Origin: Planctomycetota bacterium
Lineage (GTDB): Bacteria; Planctomycetota; B15-G4; JADJEK01
DNA: 64,000 bases
Assembly: GCA_044225365.1 (NCBI GenBank)
Contig: JBGAIQ010000011.1
Location: forward strand, 84,782-148,781
Direction of reading: 5' to 3'
Shown in pieces: positions 10,091 through 19,651 of the stretch (position 1 is its first letter; every line of letters starts with the position of its first letter). Made by a program: the position numbers and the translations under genes. The notes beneath the pieces were generated by a model, which worked only from the letters and a program-made list of their open reading frames with translations, was not told the DNA's origin and ran no database searches.

Positions 10091-13000
10091 AAGAGCGTGA
10101 TGCGATGAACTTCTCACGAGTCCTCGAGATCGCACGCGTCGAGCTTCGCTTCAATCTGAAGCGACCGTTGTTCTGGTTCCTCTCCGTTCTGATCACCTTG
10201 TTCGCCTTCGGCATGTCGTCGGGAAATCTCCGGGTCACCGCGGGCGACTCGACGACGGGCGGCAAGAAGCAGCTCATCACTTCGATGTTCAAGGCGGCGG
10301 AGATCTTCTCCGTGATCGATCTCGTCCTGTTCTCGCTCTTCCTCGCGATCGTCGCGGGAATGCCGATCCTGCGCGACGAGGAACTGAAGACTTCCGAACT
10401 CCTGCGGTCCACACCGCTGAAGCCGAAGGAGTACGTCTTCGGAAAGTACCTTGGCGTGATCCTCGTCTACGTGGCCGCGATGGTCGTGCAGGTCGGCGTG
10501 ACGATGTTGTTCAATCACGCATTCGCGGGCGCCGCCGACGCCGAGTTCCTCGGTCCGCTGAAGGTGCAGAACTACGTCGTTCCCGAGATCGCGTTCGTCC
10601 TGCCGATGTGCCTGTTCTTCGCGGCGGTCTCGTTCTCGATCGGCTCGCTCACGAAACGGCCGGCGCTCGTCTTCCTGTCGCCGATCGTGCTCCTCGTCGC
10701 CGTCATCGTGTTCGTGTTCGACAAGGAATCCGCGACGACCCGGCCCTGGGTGAACGAGTTGCTCTTGTTCCTCGATCCGTCGGGATATCGCTGGCTCAAC
10801 GAGACGTGGCTGCGCGTCGATCCCGGCGTCGACTTCCTCAACAACGAGGCGATCGGTTTCGATTCGAAGTTCGTGCTCTCGAGATTGGGGCTCGTCGCGA
10901 TCTCGCTCGGGCTCGTCTACTTCACGGCGTTCCGTTTCGAAGCGCGGGAACGAAGGAAGGGAAGAGCGACGGCATCACCGCTTCTTCTTCCGACCCGGGA
11001 ACGCATCGAGATCGAGGAAACGAAGCCCATCCCGGCGATGACCGCTCGGGCGCCGAGTTCGATCGCGCAATTCCTCGCCGTACTGCGACTCGAGGCCGGC
11101 GCGATGCTGAAGCATCCCGCACTGTGGCTCTTCGTGCCGCTCTTCGCACTCGAGATCGAGGGCAACATCCAGGAGAGACACACATTCCTCGAGGCTTCGA
11201 CGCTGATCACGCCCGGCATCGCGGCCGTCGGATCGCTCTCGATCCTCGCGTGGATGGGCGCGTTGCTGCTCCTCTTCTTCATGGTGGAGTCGCTGCATCG
11301 CGAGGCGAGCGAGCGGCTCTCGGGCATCGTCTACGCGACGCCCGTCGGCACTCGCGCCATGCTGTTCGCAAAGGTGGTCGCGAGTTCGTCCGTCGCGATC
11401 GCTGTCTTCGTCGGATGTTTCCTTGCGTTCGCGATCGCCATCCTGGTGAAGGGTCGAGTACCCCTCTCGATCGGACCCTTCGTCTTCTACTGGGGGATCC
11501 TCCTGCTCCCCACCTATTTGCTCTGGTCGGCGTTCGTCGCAGCGATGTTTGGGCTGACGGGCACGAGGATCGGCGCGTACGCGCTCAGCCTCTTCGCGAT
11601 CGCATTCACGTTCGTCGAGGCGCTCTTCTTCGGCCACATGTCGTGGGTGTTCAACTGGATCTTCGCGTTGAGCCCGATCACGTGGTCGGACTTCGGCGCG
11701 CTCGAATTGAATCGCGACGCACTGATCCAGAATCGCGTCCTCGTCCTGATCGCCGCCGTTCTCTTCACGTCCCTCGCCGTGCTGTGGTTCCCCCGAACCG
11801 AGCGAGACTCGACGCGCACGCTGCTGCGACTTCGACCGAAGCCCCTGCTCATGGGAATGCTACGACTCTCCTACGCGATCGTCCCGCTCCTCGTGCTCGG
11901 CGGTTATCTCCACCATCAGATCCAGCGCGGATTCCAGGGGAGCGTCGCACAGAAGGCTGCAAAGGACTACTGGCGGCGCAACGTGCAGACCTATACGGAC
12001 GACGTGACGCCGGACCTCGAGCACGTCGACATCGCGGTCGATCTGTTTCCCGAGCGTCGCGAACTCACGAGCAAGGGGCGACTCGACCTCGTGAACAACG
12101 AGAAGGAGCCGATGCGCGAGATCCTGATGACGCCGGGCTTCGACTGGCGCGATCTCGAGTGGACGCTGAACGGTGCGAAGGCCGCGCCCGAGAATCGCGC
12201 GGGCCTTCACATCCTCCATCTCGACAAGCCGCTCGCTCCGGGCGAGAGGGCGAGCGTCGGGTTCTCGTTCTCCGCGCAGATCCCGCACGGGTTCACCAAG
12301 AACGGCGGCGGCGACATGGAGTTCATCACTCCGTCGTCGGTCGTGCTCACGGCCTTCTCGACCAACTTGATTCCCCGGCTCGGCTTCGTCGAAGGAGCGG
12401 GAGTCGACGAGGACAACAAGTCGGATTCGAAGGAGTATCCCGACGACTTCTACAAGCAGCTCCTGCGCTCGGGATTCGGCAGTGGCGTTCCGATGACCGT
12501 GAAGACCGTGATCTCGGGGCCTGCCGATTTCGTGTTGAACGGCGTCGGAGTGAAGACGTCCGACATCGCGAATGGCGATCGGCACACGGCTACGTGGGAG
12601 ACCGAAGAGCCCGTTCGATTCTTCAACGTCGTCGCGGGGAAGGATCTCGTTGAGACCAAGGGCGAGGGCGTCGCGCTGTGGCATCGCAAGGATCACGAGT
12701 ACAACCTGAAGGAGATGATGGACGCGCTGAACGGTGCGCGGAAGTACTTCTCCGAGTGGTTCTATCCGTACCCTTGGAAGGAGTTGAAGGTCACCGAGTT
12801 CGCGGGCCACGCGAGCTACGCGCAGGGTTTCCCGAGCAACATCTCGTTCTCCGAAGCGATCGGCTTCACGCTCGACAGTTCACCGGAGTCGAATCTCGCG
12901 TTCCTCGTCACCGCCCATGAATCCGCTCACCAATGGTGGGGCAACCTCCTCACGCCGGGGCAGGGGCCCGGCACCGACATCCTTTCCGAAGGGATGGCTC

Positions 13001-13686
13001 ACTTCTCGACGGCGCTGCTGATCGGGCAGGTGAAGGGCGACTACGAGCGGATGGAGTTCCTGAAGCGCATCGAGCAGAAGTACGCCGATGATCGGCAGGT
13101 CGACTCCGAGCGCCCGATGGTCAAGATCGACGGCAGCAAACCGGGCGACACCACCTGTACCTACGACAAGCCCGGTTTCGTGATGTACATGCTGATGGAG
13201 CTGATCGGTCGCGAGGCGATGCTCCAGGGCTGCCACGACTTCATCGCGAAGAACCGCACGAGCCGTGACTATCCCGCGCTCCAGGATTTCATCGAGCACA
13301 TGCGAGGGTATGCCAACGATGTCGCGGCGTATGACGCGTTCGCCGATCAGTGGTTCTTCCATGTCGTCGTGCCGCGACTCAAGGTGCTCGACGCGCAGAA
13401 GGCGCCGCCGTCGGATGGACCGTGGATGGTGAAGGGCACGCTCGAGAATCGCGGGACCGGACGCATGAAGGTCGCGCTCGCGGCCACGACCGGCGAGCGG
13501 TGGGACGACAAGCGAGCCCAGAAGCCCGAGTACAAGGACGCCCGCAAGGTCGTCGAAATCGGCGCGGGTGAGAAGGTCGCCTTCGAGATCCCGTGCGACT
13601 TCGAACCGAGCGAGATCGTCGTCGACCCCGACGTGAAGCAGCTCATGCTGTTCCGCAAGGAAGCGCGGGCCAAGCTCGGGCGGTGA
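10087..13686 (+). CDS. ABC-2-type permease (two membrane blocks) fused to an M1-like zinc aminopeptidase
   Basis: Many TM segments in the first ~600 aa; HESAHQWWG followed by ILSEG, and TYDKP in the C-terminal domain; GTGA overlap with the ATPase gene. Confidence 0.88.
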   Translation: MKERDAMNFSRVLEIARVELRFNLKRPLFWFLSVLITLFAFGMSSGNLRVTAGDSTTGGKKQLITSMFKAAEIFSVIDLVLFSLFLAIVAGMPILRDEELKTSELLRSTPLKPKEYVFGKYLGVILVYVAAMVVQVGVTMLFNHAFAGAADAEFLGPLKVQNYVVPEIAFVLPMCLFFAAVSFSIGSLTKRPALVFLSPIVLLVAVIVFVFDKESATTRPWVNELLLFLDPSGYRWLNETWLRVDPGVDFLNNEAIGFDSKFVLSRLGLVAISLGLVYFTAFRFEARERRKGRATASPLLLPTRERIEIEETKPIPAMTARAPSSIAQFLAVLRLEAGAMLKHPALWLFVPLFALEIEGNIQERHTFLEASTLITPGIAAVGSLSILAWMGALLLLFFMVESLHREASERLSGIVYATPVGTRAMLFAKVVASSSVAIAVFVGCFLAFAIAILVKGRVPLSIGPFVFYWGILLLPTYLLWSAFVAAMFGLTGTRIGAYALSLFAIAFTFVEALFFGHMSWVFNWIFALSPITWSDFGALELNRDALIQNRVLVLIAAVLFTSLAVLWFPRTERDSTRTLLRLRPKPLLMGMLRLSYAIVPLLVLGGYLHHQIQRGFQGSVAQKAAKDYWRRNVQTYTDDVTPDLEHVDIAVDLFPERRELTSKGRLDLVNNEKEPMREILMTPGFDWRDLEWTLNGAKAAPENRAGLHILHLDKPLAPGERASVGFSFSAQIPHGFTKNGGGDMEFITPSSVVLTAFSTNLIPRLGFVEGAGVDEDNKSDSKEYPDDFYKQLLRSGFGSGVPMTVKTVISGPADFVLNGVGVKTSDIANGDRHTATWETEEPVRFFNVVAGKDLVETKGEGVALWHRKDHEYNLKEMMDALNGARKYFSEWFYPYPWKELKVTEFAGHASYAQGFPSNISFSEAIGFTLDSSPESNLAFLVTAHESAHQWWGNLLTPGQGPGTDILSEGMAHFSTALLIGQVKGDYERMEFLKRIEQKYADDRQVDSERPMVKIDGSKPGDTTCTYDKPGFVMYMLMELIGREAMLQGCHDFIAKNRTSRDYPALQDFIEHMRGYANDVAAYDAFADQWFFHVVVPRLKVLDAQKAPPSDGPWMVKGTLENRGTGRMKVALAATTGERWDDKRAQKPEYKDARKVVEIGAGEKVAFEIPCDFEPSEIVVDPDVKQLMLFRKEARAKLGR

Positions 13687-13706
13687 GTCGGGAGAAAGGC
13701 GAAGCG

Positions 13707-14147
13707 ATGGGTTCGTACCTTGCCCGTGGGACGGTGCTGTCATGCATCCTCGCGTTCGTCATCGGCTGTTCGACATGGGACGATCGCCGCGAGCGCGAAG
13801 AGGCGAACTACTCGGACGCCATGGATTCGTACGGGTCCGGTAGCGACCGTGACGACGTCCTATTGCGCTTCCCGAAGACGAGTGGATTTTTCGATGGGAT
13901 GCGGCTCTACGGGGTCGGCAGGCCCGAGGGCGGCTGGGAAGCCGATCTACCGCTCGACCGCGGCAGCATCGCGTTTCGTTACGAACGGAAGTATGGCGTC
14001 GTCATTCGCGCGATCGATGTCATCGAGCGTCCGCGATTTCGCAAGCCGTACTGGTTCGCGGACATCACTCCCGGGATCTGGTGGGATTACCTGCTCTTCG
14101 ATGACGAGCTGACCCTGCGCTACGTCCACCGCCGATTCATCGATTGA
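13707..14147 (+). CDS. Hypothetical lipoprotein
   Basis: MGSYLARGTVLSCILAFVIGC lipobox-like leader, purine-rich RBS; directly follows the permease-peptidase gene. Confidence 0.6.
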   Translation: MGSYLARGTVLSCILAFVIGCSTWDDRREREEANYSDAMDSYGSGSDRDDVLLRFPKTSGFFDGMRLYGVGRPEGGWEADLPLDRGSIAFRYERKYGVVIRAIDVIERPRFRKPYWFADITPGIWWDYLLFDDELTLRYVHRRFID

Positions 14148-14151
14148 GATT

Positions 14152-14604
14152 CCGGCGGTCACGGCTGCGATCCGCCGCCGCCGGTTTGGCGGTTGCGGCT
14201 GCGATCCGCCGCCGCCGGTTCGCGCCGGGCTGGATCACGGCTTGGCGGTCACGGCTGCGATCCGCCGCCGCCGGTTTCGGCGGTCACGGCTGCGATCCGC
14301 CGCCGCCGGTTTCGGCGGTTACGGCTGCGATCCGCCGCCACCGGTTTCGGCGGTCACGGCTGCGATCCGCCGCCGCCGGTTTCGGCGGTCACGGCTGCGA
14401 TCCGCCGCCGCCGGTTTCGGCGGTCACGGCTGCGATCCGCCGCCGCCGGTTTCGGCGGTCACGGCTGCGATCCGCCGCCGCCGGTTTCGGCGGTCACGGC
14501 TGCGATCCGCCGCCGCCGGTTTCGGCGGTCACGGCTGCGATCCGCCGCCGCCGGTTTGGCGGTTACGGCTGCGATCCGCCGCCACCGGTTTCGGCGGTTA
14601 CGGA
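14152..14604. repeat. Tandem array of about 12 copies of a 35-bp palindrome-containing unit
   Basis: Unit ACGGCTGCGATCCGCCGCCGCCGGTTTCGGCGGTC starts at 14161, 14195, 14251, 14286, 14321, 14356, 14391, 14426, 14461, 14496, 14531, 14565; internal hairpin CCGCCG-GTTT-CGGCGG. Confidence 0.95.
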
Positions 14605-14704
14605 CGCGGTCCGTGTCCACCAGGGGCGTGGAGGTTGGAGGCGGAAACGAAACGACCGCGCCGCGGCGAGGGCCGGGCGCGGTCGAAGGGAGGGAGTCGA
14701 GCGA

Positions 14705-17700
14705 TCAGTTCCGGTTGGCGCCGGTTGCCGTGTTCGTTGCGGCGGCCGGGGTGGCTGGCGAGGGAGCGGAGGTCTTGCTCACGTCGCCGGGAAGGGCCTT
14801 CTCGTCGAGGAACGAGAAGATCCGCTCGAGCAGAGCACGCCGGTCATCCGCACTCTTCACGTCCGCGAGGTAGAAGCCGAGCACCACCGCGCGGTAGTCC
14901 TTGCCGGTCTCCTTGTCGGTCCGCGCGATCGTCGCACCCACCCAGCGGCCGTCGTCGAGCACGCAGAGCGGCTCGGCACCCTCGACGCCCACCATCGCCT
15001 CGAACACCATGATCGACTCACCCTTTCGAGCGGGCTCGATCTCGACCGACTTGCTGCCGAGCTTCTGCGAGCCAATCGTCTTGAAGGTGTACGAGTAGTT
15101 CCAACGGAAACCGTACTGCAGGCCGAGCGTGTCGCGATACAGCGGCGTCTCCCACACCTCTCGGGCGACATCGGGCGTCGTGAGGAGCATGCGGCCACCG
15201 TTCTTCAGGTAGCGCATGAGCGTGCGACCGTCCGGACCGATCGAGGTCGGCGCCGAGGCGCCGCTCGCGACGTAGGCGTAGGGGTTGCCGCCATTCGCGG
15301 CTCCCGAGTGATTGTCGACGACGATGATCCCGCTCTGCCAGTTCTTGACGAGACCGAACCAGTCCTCGCCGTACGGGCGGGGATCGGTGATGACGTCGAA
15401 CTTCTTCGAGAGCGCGCCGAGATCGGCTCGCCAGTTCTTCGCGAAATCCCACTTCAGCATGCGATCGCGGAACTCGTCCTTGACGACGACCTTGCCGAGA
15501 TCCTCCCGATCGCCCTTCGTGACGTGATTCACGCCGAGCAGCGCGATCGGCTGCGGATTCTCGAGCTTCTTCAGTGGGAACTTCTGACACAGACCGGCCC
15601 ACGCCGAGTCCTGCGAGAACCGCAGCTTGAGATACTCCTTGTCGAAACCGAGGTACGCCGGGAAGTACAGCGACACGCCATGCGAACGGTTGTTGCTGAC
15701 CATGTGGCCTTCGGCGACGACCGGACCATTCTCGACGAAGTCCGTGGTGATGAACGTATTGTCGAAGTCCTTGAAGACCCGTTTCTCCTGCTCGTCCTCG
15801 AAACGATAATCGATCTGCGAAACCGCCACCATCTTCCCCGTCTTCTGATCCTTCAGCATCGGCGGGAATTGGATGTGAGCGACGTAGTTGCCCTTCTCAT
15901 CCGGCCCGGTCAGCGGCGTCTTCGCCCACTTCGATTTGAAGACGAACGGCGCGAGATTCCGCGGTGGCGATTGCCAATCATTGAAGCCCCACACGACCGC
16001 TCCGGGCGATCGACGCTTCACGACGAATTCGTTGATGAGCTTGTACTGGTCGACGGGATAACCGATGAGGTCGGTGACCGCGGTGCAGGCCGCCTTCAAT
16101 TCGGCGTCGTCCTTCGCCTTCGCGGCGAGACGCGTCGCGAAGTCCTGAACGTCGATGAGACGGCCGAACTTTCGCGTGTCGCGGACGATCTCCTCCGTGA
16201 CTTCACCGAACAATTGCGGGCGCTTCTCCATTTGCTTCGCGAGGTTCTCGACGGCCGTGCGCAAGTCGCCCATGCGATCGAGGCGGATCGCGGACTTCGT
16301 TTCCGCGAACATCGACATGTCGCCAAAGGTCTGTGAACCCTTTGGCGCGTAGCTCTTCACGTAGTTCTCGACCATCGACTTCGCGAACGAGAGCGGCGTC
16401 GACTCCGGGTACTTGACGAGGAATTGTAGATACTCGTCGTACGGCATGCCGTCGCCGGGCTCGGTCTCCTGCGATGCGACGAGGTAATCGACGACGTCCT
16501 TCAACTCGTAGCCGACTTCGGCCGTGGCCATGAGGCACGCGTCGAAGTCGAGGATGTCGATCTTCTTCTTACCATTGTCGAGCTTCGAGACGATTTGCTC
16601 GATGCCCTCGCGGACCTGCGGCAGGTCCATTCCGTGCTTCGAATTGTCGTCGTAGGAAACGCCCGACCAACCCGCGCCGTGATTCCAGATCACGAGCGCG
16701 TAGTTCTCGGCGGGATAATGTTCGACGGCCCACTTGCCGAAATCCGCGAGGCTCTCCTTGCGACCGCCATCGGCCGGTCCCGCGTTGGCCTTCACGACGG
16801 ACTGCACGCGCACCATGTCGTCGTCCTTCAAGACGTAATAACGCGCGTTGCCCGGATCGTTGTCGAGTCCGAAATAGAACTGCGTCTCGCGTTCCTGATA
16901 GGGATTCATGAAGTAGCCGCCGTTCGACTTCGGCTTCTTCTCGATGCCGTGATAGCGAACGAGTTCGACGACGAGATTCATGTCGCGCGTGGAGCCGACC
17001 TTCTCCATCTCGTTGACGTCCTCGATGCCTGCGGGCTCGAGATTGTTCGCGGCGTTGAGGAACACCATGACGGTCCACTTCTTCTTCTTGCTGACGTGGC
17101 TCGCCACGGTCAACGACTGAAGCGGACTCACGAGCTGCGCGGGAATCGCTTTGACGAGCCGCAGTTCCTCCGGACCCTGATACGTGTACTTCTTTCCGTA
17201 TTCGAGGATCGCGTCGGCGATCTCCGATTCGATGTTCGGAATCGTGAGCAATTCCTCACGCGTCGTCTTGTTGAGATCGACGACCGGATAGGGCGGCGAT
17301 GGCGGGACCTCGCCGAATTCATAGGAAATCGGACCGGACGACGGATCGAACCAGTACGCCGGGAATTGATCCGGCGGTACGTCCTTCCAAGTTTGCTTCG
17401 CGAGATCGAGCGCCTCATGTCCGGCCGTACCGTCGATCCGTGTCGTCTCGTCGGCAAGACGCTTCGCGAGATCCTTTGCGAACTCCGCGTCCGAGATGAG
17501 CCCCTTTCGCATCGCGAATCGGTAATTCATTTCGAGCGTGTTCAGCAGATTGGAATATGCAGCCGACGCCGGGAACTTCTTGTCCTTCACGACCTCGAGG
17601 ACGTCCTCGATGCCCTGGAAGCTGTCGGCGCGCAGGCGATGCAGGAGACGTGCCTCGCAGTTCTTGATCTTCTCGACATAGTGATATTCGAGATTCGTAT

Positions 17701-18070
17701 ACGTCGACGTGTCGTCGAGAAGTTGATTGATCTGGGCGGTCGAAGCCGGATCGAGGTCCTTCAGCGCCGCATCGCGGGCCGGCTTCTCGTTCTTCAGATA
17801 CAGCAACGCGAGTCGTCGCTTGAAGACCTCCTCCAGCGTCGCGAGCTCCGTCTTGATCTTCACTTCCTTCGAGGTCTTCTGCAGATCCTCCGCCTTCTCG
17901 GCCCCGGGGGCAGGAGTCGCCGTCGCGGGAGCGTTCGTAGCAGGGGCGGGCGCGGGCGCGGGACTCGGCGGAGTCTGCGGCGCCTGGGCGAGGCAAAGAC
18001 CGGGCAGGAAAAAAGTGATCCCGGCGAACAGACCGACGGCGGTCAGCGAGTGCGTGGGGGCAGGCCGCAT
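14705..18070 (-). CDS. Secreted clostripain-family (C11) cysteine peptidase with ComEA-like helix-hairpin-helix domain
   Basis: Signal peptide and Pro/Ala linker; VDLNKTTREELLTIPNI..IADAILEY HhH; KWTVMVFLNAANNLE, LVIWNHGAGW (His), DFDACLM (Cys), LVASQETEPGDG. Confidence 0.85.
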   Translation of the reverse strand: MRPAPTHSLTAVGLFAGITFFLPGLCLAQAPQTPPSPAPAPAPATNAPATATPAPGAEKAEDLQKTSKEVKIKTELATLEEVFKRRLALLYLKNEKPARDAALKDLDPASTAQINQLLDDTSTYTNLEYHYVEKIKNCEARLLHRLRADSFQGIEDVLEVVKDKKFPASAAYSNLLNTLEMNYRFAMRKGLISDAEFAKDLAKRLADETTRIDGTAGHEALDLAKQTWKDVPPDQFPAYWFDPSSGPISYEFGEVPPSPPYPVVDLNKTTREELLTIPNIESEIADAILEYGKKYTYQGPEELRLVKAIPAQLVSPLQSLTVASHVSKKKKWTVMVFLNAANNLEPAGIEDVNEMEKVGSTRDMNLVVELVRYHGIEKKPKSNGGYFMNPYQERETQFYFGLDNDPGNARYYVLKDDDMVRVQSVVKANAGPADGGRKESLADFGKWAVEHYPAENYALVIWNHGAGWSGVSYDDNSKHGMDLPQVREGIEQIVSKLDNGKKKIDILDFDACLMATAEVGYELKDVVDYLVASQETEPGDGMPYDEYLQFLVKYPESTPLSFAKSMVENYVKSYAPKGSQTFGDMSMFAETKSAIRLDRMGDLRTAVENLAKQMEKRPQLFGEVTEEIVRDTRKFGRLIDVQDFATRLAAKAKDDAELKAACTAVTDLIGYPVDQYKLINEFVVKRRSPGAVVWGFNDWQSPPRNLAPFVFKSKWAKTPLTGPDEKGNYVAHIQFPPMLKDQKTGKMVAVSQIDYRFEDEQEKRVFKDFDNTFITTDFVENGPVVAEGHMVSNNRSHGVSLYFPAYLGFDKEYLKLRFSQDSAWAGLCQKFPLKKLENPQPIALLGVNHVTKGDREDLGKVVVKDEFRDRMLKWDFAKNWRADLGALSKKFDVITDPRPYGEDWFGLVKNWQSGIIVVDNHSGAANGGNPYAYVASGASAPTSIGPDGRTLMRYLKNGGRMLLTTPDVAREVWETPLYRDTLGLQYGFRWNYSYTFKTIGSQKLGSKSVEIEPARKGESIMVFEAMVGVEGAEPLCVLDDGRWVGATIARTDKETGKDYRAVVLGFYLADVKSADDRRALLERIFSFLDEKALPGDVSKTSAPSPATPAAATNTATGANRN

Positions 18071-18217
18071 GGGGGTTCCTTCTTGGTTTCTGCTGCGAGC
18101 GCGGAGAGTCTACCGCAAGCGCCGAATCTCCGAAACGGGGGGAATCGGGCGCGGCTCGTCCGTCTACGCACCGCAAGAGGAATCGTTGGATCGCGACGGG
18201 ATGCGGCGGAAGCGTGG

Positions 18218-19507
18218 TCAGCGCTTAACGAAGAAGATGTCGGGATTCGAATCCTGATCGGCGCCGATCTGCGCGGACGCAGAGCCGAAGACCAGGTACT
18301 TCGCATTCGCCGACATGTGGACGCCGTTGTTGACCCCTCCGTCCGCGTTGAACCCGGCCGTCGTGCGACTCACGAGGATGGTCTCGCCGTGGACGACATC
18401 GAGGAGTCCGATCGAGTCGTCGCCCCCGTCGGCCGGGAACTCGGACGTGAAGTAGCTGATGAACTTCGCGTTCTTCGAGACCGTGAGACCGCTGTAGCCC
18501 GCTTCGACGACGCCGGGAACGTGCGGATCGAAGCGCTTCATCGACGCCGTCGCTGTGTCGAAGAGATAGAGATCCTCTCCCGATCCGTTCGGGTCGTTCG
18601 GAACGAGGTTCGTGCTGGTCGACGAGAATGCGACGTAGCGCCCCTCGGGTGAGATCGCGATTCCGACCGTGTCGCCGTCGACCGGCGCCGACGTCGTATG
18701 CGACTTCGAGATCAACGTATTCGTGGCGGTGATCGTGTCGTGGAGCCAGACGGTCTCGCGACCGAGCACCGATTGCGCATCGCCAAGATTGCCGCCCAAG
18801 GTGTCGAAGACGATCTTCGTTCCGTCCGCGCTGAGATGCGAGACGAAGCAGTTGTCGTTCGCCGATTGGGATTGGGCATTGGCGGAGACGATCGTGGTGG
18901 TCGGCACCGACAGATCCCGCAGGAAGATCTGCTTCTTGCCGTTCGCGAAGGTCCCCAGGTTGTTCGCCGCGGTACTGAACGTGAGACGATCGCCCTTCGC
19001 GGAAATATCCGCGTTGTGGCAGTCCGCGTTGGCGGAGACCCCGAGGGCATTCACCGAGACGAGCAGCGTCGTCTTCGTCACGCGGTCGTAGCGATAGATG
19101 TCGACGTCCGCGTTTCCGTCGGAGCTCGCGATGTCGGTCGCTGCCGTCTCGAAGACCACGTAGCGGCCGTTCGCCGAGATCCGGGGAAACAAACAGTCCC
19201 CGTTCACCACGCCTCCGCTCGCAGTCCGACTCGCGAGCTCGAACTGCTTCGTCTTGCGATCGAGGAGCAGGATCTGGAGCTTGTTGTTCGGGGTCGCCCC
19301 GGCGAGGTCGGCCGAACGGGACTCGAACGCGACGAATCGACCGTTCTTGCTGACGACGGGGTCGTAGCTGTACCCGGCGGCCGGGGTGCCATCCGAGTAT
19401 TTCGTGACGAGGGCTGGCGCACTCTTCGTCGCGTGAGCCGTGTGGACGAGGGCGGCCGACGAGATCAGCCCGAAGAGCACAATGCGACGTGGGATCGTAG
19501 TGAACAT
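18218..19507 (-). CDS. Secreted TolB-like (PD40) beta-propeller protein
   Basis: Signal peptide from ATG 19507 (GAGG RBS); repeated S.NGR.VAF.S / IS.DG..V.F motifs. Confidence 0.85.
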   Translation of the reverse strand: MFTTIPRRIVLFGLISSAALVHTAHATKSAPALVTKYSDGTPAAGYSYDPVVSKNGRFVAFESRSADLAGATPNNKLQILLLDRKTKQFELASRTASGGVVNGDCLFPRISANGRYVVFETAATDIASSDGNADVDIYRYDRVTKTTLLVSVNALGVSANADCHNADISAKGDRLTFSTAANNLGTFANGKKQIFLRDLSVPTTTIVSANAQSQSANDNCFVSHLSADGTKIVFDTLGGNLGDAQSVLGRETVWLHDTITATNTLISKSHTTSAPVDGDTVGIAISPEGRYVAFSSTSTNLVPNDPNGSGEDLYLFDTATASMKRFDPHVPGVVEAGYSGLTVSKNAKFISYFTSEFPADGGDDSIGLLDVVHGETILVSRTTAGFNADGGVNNGVHMSANAKYLVFGSASAQIGADQDSNPDIFFVKR

Positions 19508-19651
19508 GACGCCTCCCCTCTTGGAATCCGGGCGAGACGACTTTCGTCTCGCCACGATCGGCCCCGATTCCCGTCGGTAGGCTGTTTTCCCGGAACTCGC
19601 CCTCTCGCCTCCAGTCTGCGAGGGCCCGGCAGAAACTCGAAGGTGTGAACC

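Noticed and set aside
14152-14604. CRISPR array
   Set aside because: Units are directly adjacent with no unique spacers, and no cas genes are in the window.
14144-16336. 730-aa and other plus-strand ORFs crossing the repeat
   Set aside because: Products of the stop-free 35-bp repeat plus the antisense shadow of the clostripain gene.
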